DNA of 64,000 nucleotides. Source: Fistulifera solaris (lineage: Eukaryota). The notes below the pieces were generated by a model. It had not been told where the DNA came from. It searched no databases and worked only from the letters and a program-made list of their open reading frames with translations. The stretch covers positions 806,001 through 870,000 of the forward strand of contig AP026140.1 in NCBI GenBank assembly GCA_030295235.1, given 5' to 3'. Position 1 is the stretch's first letter, and each line of letters opens with the position of its first letter. A program made the position numbers and the translations under genes. Of the stretch, positions 34,501 through 46,299 are shown piece by piece.

Positions 34501-35914
34501 CCATCTCCTGTCCCACAAAAGATTTTTCACGAAATAATCGAAGAAACAAACGAGTGCCTCCAGCTTGCACAAAAGCATCTCGTTCTAAACCCATGCGGCC
34601 TCCTCCCGCATAATATTTAGGGCAATTTGGAGGCAAATTTTGTTCTTCCGTACTTCTTCCGTCGCTGGGAGCAGCAGGATCACTAATCAATCTAGGAGCT
34701 AGGCGAGAAACTATAGTTTGAGTTTCCGTCCAATCTCCCCCTTCGATAGCAGCGAGCAGTGCATTTACTTCCGTAACGATACCTCCTGCCCGTTTGTCAA
34801 GTCTGCCATGCAACGTCATACCTCCAATGCGATCAAGGCTCTTTGATGCAGGTTGATCGCGTGGAAACAAGGTTCTGCCGGTACTTTCACGAGCCATGAG
34901 TGAGAGAACTACATTCGGACCACAGCTGGTGCTGTTATGATCGGCTTCACCATCGTCGGATGACACTGCTGACATCGAGCTAGCCATACTACTGCGTCTT
35001 CGAACCATCGGCCCAAAGGAAGTCGACATGCGCCTTCCGCGATCAACATCTGTGGGGTTCAGTGACCGACGTCTGTTATAATAGCTTGCCAACGTACCAC
35101 CATGCCCGGTACCACCCGAAAGCGTCAAGCTACCACGGCGATTTCCTTGTGTGAAAGCCGAGCCTTGGCTGCTGCGTCGCCTTCCAAAGCCCCCACCAAC
35201 TGCACCTGCAAACGTGCTGGCGCTACTTCTCCGCCGAAGAAAAAACTCGGATGTCTCGGAATCGTCAAACAAGCAATCGTTTTGGGGGTCAACTAGGTGC
35301 AGTATAGGGGCCACCGATTCGTGGCCCAGAATCAGAGTCTCAATGCTGCGCCCCATCCATTCAAAATCGCGGCTGAAAATGGGGCGAAATTCAGGCGTGT
35401 GCTCGTTCGTTTTGACTTCTCCTACGGGAGCGGACGCTACATTGTGTCGAATCGACCGGACCGCCATATCCGTAGCCTGAGAATCCTCTTCCGAGTGATG
35501 CTGTTCGTTGAAAATGCTGTTGTAAATAGGAGAAGCGATGGTAAATCTCGAAGTCCGTAGCTCTGGTGAATGCGGAGGAGACAATGTGTCGCCGCCATCT
35601 TCTTCGTCCTCAGTGTTGTGCCGGATCGAAAGTAGATTCGGCTCATTCATAGTCGAAATCAGAGTCGAAAGCTCATCGTATTCGTTGCTGTGGCTACTCC
35701 TTCTCGGTGTTGACCGTGCGTCGGGATGCGAGCCAGCGTCTTCGTCGCTTTGCTCGGTCGAATGCTCTCGGCTCCGCCGAGTACCCTGTATGAAGCCGCT
35801 TGCAGAATCATCAAATGGATTGTCATGATCCGACGGCGTGGTGGAAACGGAATCCCTGGAAGCCCGGCTTCGTCGATTTCTGCGACCTTCCGGAGACGAT
35901 AAAGACTGTCCCAT
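31503..35914 (-). CDS. TRPC4AP/TRUSS-like (DUF3689) protein; 4 apparent frameshifts
   Basis: QYLRLLHNFCD, RFWLASCIESYLRG, LQTSFDLLGELIK, NLVDSNVFIRS, INHENICCLNTA. Adding one T at each of 34348, 33672, 33248 and 32524 fuses five ORFs into one frame. Confidence 0.8.
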
Positions 35915-36542
35915 TGTCGTGCGTTAAAGCTTCAAATCGCTCAATTTTGCGACAAGAAATTAATCCTTTTTGTCGAGCTAAGATATCTTATCCAACAATC
36001 AGGAGAATGTCAATGCTATTGCTACTGGTACGATCTTCGAGGAGTCTTTTGCATCACAACAAAAATAAATAAATAAATAAATAAAGCATCAAAAAAAAAA
36101 TAATCAACGGGGTATGCGGCGGGTTATGTTGCGGTCTTCCTGCGTTAAATACTTTCACCTATACAGTAGGGAGTCGCGCATAAGACAAAAAAAGCCTATC
36201 GATGCGCCATACGGTACCCGTATGAGTATATGTTTATTGATATTGAGTCGTATCGGTTCTTGTACTTGACACTACGGAGTACATATTATGTTTTTTAGCA
36301 CTAACCCTTGCCGTCCTTGCTGCCTCTTACTGTATTTATTAGTGGCTGCGATCTGCAATGAAGCAATGAATGATGATGATTGAGTTGCTCACCGCTTAGA
36401 TTACTAATAATTCCTTTCTTGCCCTATCGTCAGTATTATTTAATCACTCTAATCATCCCCAAGCTTATTAACCGACTTACGGGAACTGAATTTGTTTGAA
36501 GGACATAATCATCACGCATAATCTATATCGCAAGCGCAAATA

Positions 36543-36953
36543 ATGACATCGTTCCAATTTGCGACGCGCAAGGTCTATCGCGACCTGTTTCATTTGACAC
36601 GACAACAGCCCAACCATCAACCGCTTCTTCAGGAACTGCGCGAGAAATTTCGTCGACCTCTGGATGATAATGAGACACCGGAACAGAGACTTAAGGAAGC
36701 CGAATCACGTCTCAGTTTCTTACGAATGAAGTCGACGAAATCACAACAACGAGGAACACTGGCGGGTCGATGGGTCTATCGCAATGGAGAACGACTCGAA
36801 GCGGACGCAGAAGGGACGTTTCGGGATAGTAAAGGAAAGGTCGTTAGGAACTGGGATGGTAAAAATCTAGACCCCGAATCGGTCAAAATGCATCGACAGC
36901 AGCTTCGTCGTGCTGGCTTTGTCAATAATGCGCACGCGAAAGGCTTGTTCTAA
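36543..36953 (+). CDS. LYR-motif (Complex1_LYR-like) protein
   Basis: VYRDLFHL...LREKFR...LKEAESRLSFL follows the LYR-family pattern. Confidence 0.6.
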   Translation: MTSFQFATRKVYRDLFHLTRQQPNHQPLLQELREKFRRPLDDNETPEQRLKEAESRLSFLRMKSTKSQQRGTLAGRWVYRNGERLEADAEGTFRDSKGKVVRNWDGKNLDPESVKMHRQQLRRAGFVNNAHAKGLF

Positions 36954-37099
36954 GTAATGTGGATCGAACAAATGGTGTGAGAAGCGGTGCCTTTCAAGTA
37001 CGTAAAATGGTCTTACTGTCAAAAAAAGTATTCCGATCATGTCTAACACCAATTTACTTTAGGAAAGGGAACTTTAAATAGACTTTGGTGAGGGTACTA

Positions 37100-40000
37100 A
37101 TGATCAGCAGCTTAAGCATTTAGACTTCGAAGTTGTCTGTCAGAGAAGCTTCCGGGGGCGCCTCTACCTGCTAAACAACCCATTCTCCTTCGAATGTTCT
37201 CGGATCCACCCTCACTTTGATACGATGTGAAATGGACATTCAATTTGTTTGAAAAATTTCGATATTGCCTCATATGTTCGCTATTTTCAACAAAGATCGA
37301 AGACTTTGCACTTGATTCTTCGCGCTGTGCAAGGTCGATAACAACGCCCTTAGACTCTTGACTGGTTTTAAGTTGAAAGATTACTTTCGATTCTGTGTTT
37401 GCCTATTTGGAAGAGATCAGCAACACATAAAATACCACGCAAGTCGTCCGGATCGTTATTCCCAAAAGCGGCTAGAGGCAGCTTGTAATCGGGATCCGAC
37501 ACCTTAAGCTTTGACGCAAGATGTCGACGGATAGCACGACGTATATCCGCGAGTTTTTGGACCTGGGAAAACGGTGATTTGGGGAGATAAATCCGTACTC
37601 GTCTTCCACGAATTTGGCGGGGTCTGACATGGTCAATTCTTCTTGTAGCAATGTGCGCTCTTGTTTGTTGGAAATCGCCAAAAGTTTTCTAATAGGAAAG
37701 AAGAAGGAGTTTTCTGGCCCGTCCAGTATACATCCAGGACATCGACACACATCATAGTAATGTGTTGTCGTAGATGACATCAGAAGTCGACGATGATGGT
37801 AGTGCAACAACAACGAGTCCGGTCCCTCGGGAAGCCGTTGAAAGAACCTCGCTTCGTCGGTTCTCGCCGGTTCTCGCCGGTTCAGGCGCATTTACCGGCG
37901 CAGCATCACACTTTGCAATGGCAAGACTAGGGCAAGTACCGTTCGAGTCGTCGCCCGCCGCTCGTTGCGACCCTTGACAAAGCTCCATTCCAAGTGGCGC
38001 GGTTCGTTGACCCAAGACCACTCTTTTGGTGCATCCCACATCCAAATCACTATGTGACGGAGAAACGCATGGAGCTCGAGCTATGGGTAGTGGTGAACCA
38101 ATGACGCGCTTTTCTTATTATGCGTGTGTTGTCTCGACAACAAGCCGCTGACAGTATCAAGATTGCAGTTTTTAAACATTTCCTGAAGAGATGCGTGGCA
38201 TGTAGAATAGGATTTTTAAAAAAAGGCCACGCTTTGTCGAGGTGTCTACGACTAACGAAAAATGAAACAGTACCGAACTAAGAACAACGAAACACTGACG
38301 GACTGGACAAAACTCCAGTTTCATCGATCCAAGGAGGATCGCGTGGCTTGGCTCAAGTAAAGTAAGACTGAGGCGACATAGCTTTACGGAGTAGTTACAG
38401 TTAAATCTCTTTCGTCCAATTCCGTCTACTTGCAGCTCAAAAGCTTTAGGTACAAGATTTTCGACTAGTTCAATAGGCTGTTCTTACCCATAAGGTGCAC
38501 CATCCCCGCGAGCCCGTACCGTCCGGTAGTGTAGAGTCCAAAGCATTTCGCTTGCTACGGCGACGTCTCTTTTGCCCGTTTCAAATGTAAAATAGCTATC
38601 GTCTAGAGAGTGACAAGGGCAGCTGTGATTGCAATACAACCGGTCCTTCGGCAATGTTCTTTGAGTAGGCCGGACCGGGTTTGTTACTCAACTTGGGGCG
38701 GACGTAACGATGGGAACTGATCGGTCCATTTATTTCGCTAACGCAATGAGACGCCTTGTCTGATTTCATCTTATGTCCAACTTGACGAGGCGTATCCAGC
38801 GCCAAATATCGCTTCGCCTTGACCGTTGTCGAAATCTGGCCAATTCGACGAGGTACATCACGCATCGTTGTTGCAATACTTTCGTCTACTTGACGACGAT
38901 GCGAATTATTCGTCGTGCTTGATTCGCGCTGGCTTACTCGACGACTCGCGTTGCTCGTTGCCCACCTTTCGGCCACTTGACGTTTAGTAGTGTCCATCAC
39001 CATTGTACGACAGATTCGACGAGATATCATTATCTGGCCTATTCGACAAGGCGCATCACCCGCTCTTGTTGCACTTCTATGGCCAACTTGGCGATGCAAA
39101 TTGCCCATTGCCGTTGCTTCACGTTTACCAACTTGACGCTTATTCGGATCGCTCGTTACGGTACGTTGGCAAACCCGAGGACGCGCATTGCTCAATAGTG
39201 TACTTTGAACAACTCGATGAGGTGCGGTACCCGTTGTTATCGAGGTAGTTCGACCACCTTTACGATCCGAATTGCCAATATCAATTTTTTTTACGATGGC
39301 TTGCTTGACGATGCGCATTACTGAATGCCACACTATCGCTACCCTGACAATTCGCACTGTTCGATACCTTAATTTGGCCAAATCGACGAGGGCCAACGTC
39401 CGCTTTCCTTGCTTCACTTCGGCTTCCTTGATAATTCAAGTTGTTCGTTGGCGTACTTTTGCTAGCTAAATCCTTCTCGTTGCTCGTTGTCGGAACCTTC
39501 ACTTGACTAACGGTAAGGCTCGACTCATTTTCTGCAGCTGTACAATTTGCAATGCAACGATGGGTGATGCCCGTTGTTCTTTCGTCACTTCCCTTTGGTT
39601 GACTATCGGTGCTTATCGCCTCCCTTTTGCTAGCTAACCCCTTTGCATTGCTCGTTGTCGTTTCATCTCGTTCGTTTCCTTGACAGTCGGTATTGCTCGT
39701 CTCTTTCTTGGTAGCTAAACGGTTTGCATTCTTCATTGTCGTTGCCTCTATTTCGTTTACTTTGACAACATTGTTGTTCGCCTCTCTTTTTCTAGCCGAA
39801 CAGTTTGCATTATTAGCTGTCGTTGTCTCAATTTCCTGTTCCTGACTAGCTGTGTCACACGTCTCCCTTTCGTTGACTTGGTTGTCGGTGCTACTTGTTC
39901 CAGTCTCCGCAGCGGCAGCCGTAAAGTTTGTATTACTCGCTTTTGAATTTCGAACTTCATGCTGAATACTACTCGTTGTCGTTGTATCCCTTTTGTTTTC

Positions 40001-41497
40001 TTGGCTATCGGTGTTGCTCGTTTCGTTTTCACTAGCTAAACGATTGGGAGTGTTTATGGTCGCTGCATGACTTTCGTTTTCTCGAATAATGGCGTTGCTG
40101 GCCTCAGTTTTGCTAGCTAGATAACTTGCTTTGTTCCTTGTTGAACTTTGACAACTTTGACTATCGGCGTGGCTTGCCTCGACTTCGCTAGCTAAACGAC
40201 TTATATTGTTCAGACTTTGACGGGCTTGATGATGCGAATTTCTCGTTTCCGATGCTTCACTTTGACTAAATTGGCCGAATGCATTGTTTGATGTCCCGAT
40301 CTGATTAAAGTGATGATAATCGGTGCTTGCTAAAACTACCGGAAGACTCGAGAATTCCGGCCGACAGTCTGCTTCATCAAAGGCATCACTTTGATCAGAG
40401 GAAAACCCATCCACGCATTCTCCAGATGCGTGAGCAGCAGGCTCGTCAATCAGAAACTGATTAGAATTTCGCTCCGTTCGATGCAGGCTAGAGTCGTGAC
40501 TATGCTCCACAGAGGCTTCGGCCGTATCAGATCGAGAAACCACATAATTAGACGACGCAAAAAGCAGCCTTGGTGGCGGATGCTCAACAATTCTTTTCTT
40601 GCTGAACTGTGTCAGGGCGTTCTCTTCGACTTTTCGCTTTCGGGCCTCCATGCCCAAGCTCCAAATTGCGGTGGCTGCAGAATATTCCATCATATTCGCT
40701 TCTTTGATTCCTCTTTGTCCGTCTAGCGCGTTGATGCTCAATTCATTGTCATGGGAAGGCACTCCCAACTTGTTCTCCTCAACTTCCTTGACACTACTAG
40801 ACCTAGCTTTGTCGTCAGCTGGTCCTTGAACATCACGATTGCATAAAACATTATCAGAGCCATGATCAGAATCCCTTTCTTCGAAGAAAGCCTTTTCAAG
40901 GTTTTCTGCAATCTGTTGAGCATGATGCGAAGCTGAAGGAACAAGCAGGCGCGTTGAAGACACGGGCTAAGAACTATTGGGGTCCGACGGTATGGCGTTT
41001 TTGTCAAAGCTTGCTTCTTTCAATAGGAGCGCGAAAACCGACCTTTGCATATCAGCTACGTCGTTCGATCCAGATTGTGCCTGGGCATTGGATAGAGCAA
41101 CAAGCCGAACATCATCAACGGGTTGTTTCTGATTATACGTGTTGGGAAACGGCAGTGACAGATCTATTGAAGAACTGCCTTTCCAATTGACCTTACTACG
41201 AGCATCGTCATAAGTTTTGGTAACGCTGGATACCCGACAGGTGTCGTCGAACCTCACCCGATGGGAGGGTACGTAAACAGAACGCGGAATGAAGTTTCCT
41301 TTATCAAAAGCCCGCCCAACGCTAAGTGCTGTAGCCTGCGATAGGCCCATACGACATTGTGTTGTATCGGTATCACGGTCGTTATCTGACGGCGGGAAGG
41401 GCCTGGTCACGCTATCACCAGTAGAAGACTCAGCCTGGCCAGCAGGTGGTGATGAATGGAAGATATTTGCAAGTCCCAAGGGAAAAGGCCACCACAT
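37100..41497 (-). pseudogene. Disrupted, low-complexity repeat-rich gene (probable pseudogene; 3' boundary approximate)
   Basis: ORFs 40967..41524 and 39281..40963 share a frame, separated by one TAG. Frameshift at A8 run 39285-39292. Further short protein-like segments broken by in-frame stops continue to about 37.1 kb. Confidence 0.55.
39460..40200 (-). repeat. Degenerate 81-bp (27-aa) coding tandem repeat
   Basis: On the + strand, TAGC(T) anchors occur at 39631, 39712, 39793 and at 40033, 40114 (81-bp spacing), with further copies at 40189 and 39463. Peptide unit approximately LASKxEtSNtDsQxNExxxTTxxNAnR. Confidence 0.75.
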
Positions 41498-42015
41498 GGT
41501 CAAGAGACCACAACTTTGATGCACAATGGTTTACTTGTGAACACACGTCGCCACTGTGCGTTGTAGCTTTGTCCTGGAAAACACATTGGCAGAGAAAAGG
41601 CATAACAGATCGAAACCGTCGCAGCTGCTTAACTTAAACGAAGTTCACCTGTCCTTCCAAATTTTCTCCTTGAGTCTCTCCAAAGTTCACGTCTTTTAAG
41701 TGGCATAAGAGACGAAACCACGGCATAAGGAAAAGATGATTCATCATCACCGAAGCTAAATAGGAGTCCAGTCGACTCGCGTCTCGACTATGAAACATAT
41801 TTTTTCTGGACAAGATGGCATTAACCACCAAGCGTGTATCCAAGAATGTCGACAATAAATAGCATGCCCGACGGAACAACGTAATGGAAGGCGGTGAAAA
41901 AATAATCAATATAAACGGCCGGCTACCAAGGATCCAAATCGGGACACACACCAAGCAGACAAAAGGAACGGATTTTGTCGTCCAAAACTTTGGCGATCAT
42001 GTACGCCTTTGCACT

Positions 42016-43783
42016 TCATGAAGTCCATTGTTTCGTAAAAAAACGAACCAGTTTCTTTTGCGCATGGTCCAGCTTTCGTCGGGCTTCTGATTGAATAACA
42101 ATCGGCGTTGCGACACTAATGATCGATAACGACGGATCTAGTGCTAGCGCTATTCCTTCTTGAACCTTGACAGCGAGTGCCGCGGAGATGAAGGAAGGGA
42201 TGACATGGACGTGATGATCCGCCGCAGCTTTGCAGATGTAAGAAATGTAGACACCCAAATTTTGCATCAGATAATTGTCCCTAGACGTTGCTTTCTCCGT
42301 AAGGTCACATATTTTTTGAATAAAACCTTCCGCGTCCACAACCCCTTGATTATAAGTGCCATCCACCAGCAGTTCCCCGGCTCGCTGGCCGTTTCGGCGA
42401 ATGAAAGCTCCCAAAACGCTCACAATTGCTTCGTGGTCGTTATCGGTATACTCGGTAGCAATGCCGGCATCGAACAGGTAAAATTTGGAACCGTCCCTCG
42501 CCACAAAAACGTTGCCCGGATGGAGATCACCTTCCATGAGTTAAGATGCGTTGCAAGTTAGCTGAGCTCGAAATGCATTCGTAGTTGTAGACGCTTATTT
42601 GACTTACCGTGCAAGAAGTTATCGACAAAGATCATTTTGCAGACGGATTGAATGGCCTTTCGACAGAGCGTATTCAAATGGATTCGATCGTCGCGGTTTT
42701 GCCGCGCATACTCCAACACGGGAATTCCATCCAGGAGCGTCTCCACGAGTACATTCTTGTCTACGGGAAACTCCGGTACTAACCCGGGAAACTCCACTTC
42801 GGGAATGTGCTCAAAGTTTTTAGCGAATTGTACCAAGTTGGCGCCTTCGACCCGAAGGTCCAGTTGTTTCTTGAGCAACCGCGCAAACTCTTCCACTAAG
42901 GCCCCCCAATCCAGCCACGATGGGCCTTCCATGACCTGTCGCATATAAGCGGCGAACCGCAACAAATCTAGATCGGCATCAATGGTTTCTTCAACTGTCG
43001 GATGAAGTACTTTGACGGCAACGTGTCGTTCTTCCGCACCATTTCTTGACAGAATCGTACCACGGTAGACTTGTCCGATGCAACCACTCCCCAAGATTTC
43101 CCCCAATTGAATTCGTTCTTCCCAATTATCTCCATAAGCCTCTTTCATCAGCTGCTCCGTATGCTTCCACGAGTGCGGTGTGGTATGGTCTTGCAATCGG
43201 GAAAAGACTGCACAAAAGTCGTGCCCAAACAGATCTGGACGTGAACCCGCCCACTGCATCAATTTGATGACGACGGCACCACTACGCTCGGCACATTTGA
43301 GGCAGGTCTCAAAATAAAAGCGACGTGTTTTCATTTTCCATTCGGATTGTGGTTGTTTCGGTTCTTTGGCCCAAAGTAATATGTCTTGCGCATCTTGATG
43401 CTTCAAATTTTCTGGACTTTCTTGCGCCATCAAAAGATGGGATACAGTAGAGCGACGGGCGCCAGAGAAAACGTCAAACCGAACAATCGCAACAAAACAC
43501 GAAAGGTTCGTCGTATCTTATCGAATATTCTCCGCATTCGAGATTGGGGTTCCTTTACCACCATCATGGCTCGGGGAACCTCTGAATACGAGGCAACAGG
43601 AAGCGTACTTTCGCACACGGCAGGCGACGAAATCCACGACAGTGTTGCGGTTCCCACTAAATATCCGGTCGCTTGTAGAAGAGGACGAATTTGTCGTTGG
43701 GGAACGGCTCGGAAGGAAATCGTGGAACGTTTTTGCGTGAAAAGGCGGTCGGCCTTCATCAATGAGCGAGAAAGCGCCGACAT
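42016..43783 (-). CDS. ABC1/UbiB atypical kinase (ADCK-type), mitochondrial; 1 intron, frameshift at 43432-43435
   Basis: IKLMQWA..RPDLF, LQD, GSGCIGQVYRG, VAVKVLHP, QLDLRVEGANL. FLH joins GDLHPGN across intron 42531-42607; FDAG. Confidence 0.9.
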
Positions 43784-44235
43784 TATCTCGTTACAACCGA
43801 TTGCTCGATTCTTAATTAAGCAAAGAGAGTTGTTTTAGCCTTGCATTTCCATGCTTTGGATTTCAGAGCCCGATGGATGCTTTGAAAGACAGCAAGTGAA
43901 TGGCTTATGAATCCGAATCTTCGAAGTTCGATCGTTCGACTTCAAAGCTGTATCGCACGTACAAAATCTACGGTTAACTAAGTATAAAACTTGCTTGTTA
44001 CAGATGAGTTTTCGATCAGTGTGCCTGCTCAATGAACGGTACCCAGATTTGCTATGCAACATGTCGTAGCAGTACTAGATGTCAACAAGAACCATAAGGA
44101 ACGATCTCTTCTTCGCAAAACTTCCCTCCGTGAGCCTCTTTGTTTTCATTGCGCGTATCTTTCTTGTGCCAAGTGGTTCGCAGTTTTCGAAACAGCCGCC
44201 ATTTTACTAGCCTTACAGCAACAAACAAGCATACC

Positions 44236-44715
44236 ATGAGTATTGTTTCTCATCTATCGGTCGGTGCCACCACCGAATCCCTTCCTCTCATGATCGACTT
44301 TTACGATGCCATTATGAAAGAACTCGGAGCAAAGCGTAAAATGGTAATTGGGTCCGACATGAAGGACATTGATCTTCAGACATTCCCCAGTATCAACGAC
44401 AAGGGGGGAATGCAATATCCTGCTGTTGCGTACGGGAAATGCTATCCCGAATTCTGGGTCCAGTTGCCCGAAAACCAACAGGAAGCGACGCCCGGCAATG
44501 GCTATCACGTCGCCTTTCAATGCAAGTCGCCAGCTCAAGTCCAACGTGTCTACGAAACAGCCCTGCAGCATGGTGCCACCGACAATGGGAAACCGGGACC
44601 TCGTCCCCATTACAGTGACAAGTATTACGGAGCCTTCTTCATCGATCCGTGTGGCAACAAATTAGAAGCCGTGTTCTTTGACATGGGGATCTACAATCAC
44701 TGCGTTGTCTTGTAA
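44236..44715 (+). CDS. VOC/glyoxalase-bleomycin resistance family protein with C-terminal CaaX
   Basis: SHLSVG...FYDAI...FWV..P.N...ATPGNGYHVAF...GATDNGKPGPRPHY...YYGAFFIDPCGNKLEAV. Ends CVVL*. Confidence 0.9.
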   Translation: MSIVSHLSVGATTESLPLMIDFYDAIMKELGAKRKMVIGSDMKDIDLQTFPSINDKGGMQYPAVAYGKCYPEFWVQLPENQQEATPGNGYHVAFQCKSPAQVQRVYETALQHGATDNGKPGPRPHYSDKYYGAFFIDPCGNKLEAVFFDMGIYNHCVVL

Positions 44716-44821
44716 GGGGATAAGAGCGACTTTTGCATGTATGCAACGTTCATTATATAATAGTTTTTAGTAATGCGTTGAGTTAAGTTATTGATTGTTG
44801 CAACTTTGTACATCAATGCTT

Positions 44822-45967
44822 TCACGCTAATTGAACTTCCTTGACTTTGGCCGTGATAGCCGCTTCCAACTTTTCCGTTTCGGCGATGAACGCACGAATG
44901 CCTTCCGCCAACTTGTCAGTACCACAGCCATCCATATTCAGTCGATAACGAAATTCTTGTTCTGTCATTTTGCCATCCGCCACCAAAGGCACATTTTGTG
45001 TTTGTGCGGGGTCCAACACGCGCACCACCGGTTCTTGCGACAATGCCAATTTCTCCAACAACGGTGCCGGAATCGTCATGCGATCCGTTCCCGCCAAAGC
45101 CAGGATCTCATCTAGTTCAAAACCGACTCCCCGAGAGGGTCTCCAACTGGCGGGCATACAAATGGTATCATGTCCGTGGCATTTGAAATATTTGTACATT
45201 TCCTTACAGGCGACAACACCTTCATCTTGTTCCGGTGCCACACCTTCCGTCCGACCCTGTTTCATTTTGTGCCAGTCCAAGATACGACCCGGAAATGGAG
45301 ATATTAAATGAGCGCCGTATTGGGCACACGCAATGGCTTGCACGACGGAAAAAATCAGAGTTAAGTTGCACTGAATGCCCTCTGCTTCCAAATCGGACGC
45401 GGCCAGAATCCCTTCCCACGTGGCCGCAAGTTTAATCAAAACGCGTTCTTTCGGTACGCCCAATTCTTCGTACATGGCAATGATCCGTTTCCCACGAGCG
45501 ACAGAAGCTTCTCGTTGAAACGAGAGTCGAGGATCGACTTCGGTGGAAATATAACCCGGAACAATATCCGCAATGGCTTTGCCCAAATTGACAGCCAATC
45601 GATCCATAGCTAGGGAAACCACGTCTGCTTTCGAATCAGCGTGACTCACAGCGTACCGGACGGCTTGGTCGACCATTTCCGCGTAGACCGGATCTCCCGA
45701 CAAACCCGCTTGAGAGACAAAGAGAGGATTGGTGGTAGCATCGGTAATATATCCTGTAGCGGCATAGTCTCGAATGACTTTCAAGTCACCACTGTCAATC
45801 GATAATGTCGTCATGGAAGCCAATCGCGCCAATTGCGACGTTTCCGATACCTGCATCATCCAGACTGCCGATGAAAAACGAGATGATGTTTCGTGATGTA
45901 CCACGAACGACTGTACCGACAAGACGAGAAGAGACAGTCGAATCGCAAGTGCAGAAACAAATCTCAT
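44822..45967 (-). CDS. TAL: Transaldolase, plastid-targeted
   Basis: DSGD, DATTNP, ISTEVDPRLS, LIKLAATWEG, CNLTLIFS, ISPFPGRI, KLAEGIRAF. Leader MRFVSALAIRLSLLVLSVQS-FVV. Confidence 0.93.
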   Translation of the reverse strand: MRFVSALAIRLSLLVLSVQSFVVHHETSSRFSSAVWMMQVSETSQLARLASMTTLSIDSGDLKVIRDYAATGYITDATTNPLFVSQAGLSGDPVYAEMVDQAVRYAVSHADSKADVVSLAMDRLAVNLGKAIADIVPGYISTEVDPRLSFQREASVARGKRIIAMYEELGVPKERVLIKLAATWEGILAASDLEAEGIQCNLTLIFSVVQAIACAQYGAHLISPFPGRILDWHKMKQGRTEGVAPEQDEGVVACKEMYKYFKCHGHDTICMPASWRPSRGVGFELDEILALAGTDRMTIPAPLLEKLALSQEPVVRVLDPAQTQNVPLVADGKMTEQEFRYRLNMDGCGTDKLAEGIRAFIAETEKLEAAITAKVKEVQLA

Positions 45968-46119
45968 GGTGAGAAGGGACTCGTTCTGTTAATAGGAATA
46001 TGATTACAGAAAGCCAAACCAAATAACAACAATAATAACAACAAAAATCGTTTTGTCGTCTTTTCTCACAATCGTCATCCGCGAACGTCTGTTCGTGTCC
46101 GTTATCTCCGGGTCTCCAC

Positions 46120-46127
46120 TGACGTCA
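46120..46127. promoter_or_regulatory. Palindromic TGACGTCA (bZIP/aureochrome-type site) in the TAL-LPA1 divergent promoter
   Basis: Exact palindrome near the middle of the roughly 330-bp spacer, with CACGTA nearby. Function is inferred only. Confidence 0.35.
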
Positions 46128-46299
46128 TCTTGCACGTAAATCCGAAAGCACACATGCACGCGAAAAAGCGAGAGGATACCTGGTTTACTAATGATTCATT
46201 CACGTTCAACAACCGAAAGGATCTTGTTCGACTGTCTCGAAACAGTTCTCCCATCTTCTGATTTTATTCCATCTATTCATATTTAGCTATCAACAACTC

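Noticed and set aside
39460..40200. CRISPR-like array
   Set aside because: The repeats are degenerate, a multiple of 3 and within a reading frame. The context is eukaryotic and there are no cas genes.
40967..40969. Stop-codon readthrough or selenocysteine recoding
   Set aside because: The codon is TAG, not TGA. There is no redox motif or evident SECIS, and the same locus has further lesions.
6094..43435. Programmed frameshifting at TTT-TGA (6097, 21770, 43432), by analogy to Euplotes stop-codon frameshifts
   Set aside because: The other shifts occur at A, G and T runs with no adjacent stop and in both directions. TTT-TGA arises automatically when TTT-TTG-A loses a T, so homopolymer error is more parsimonious.
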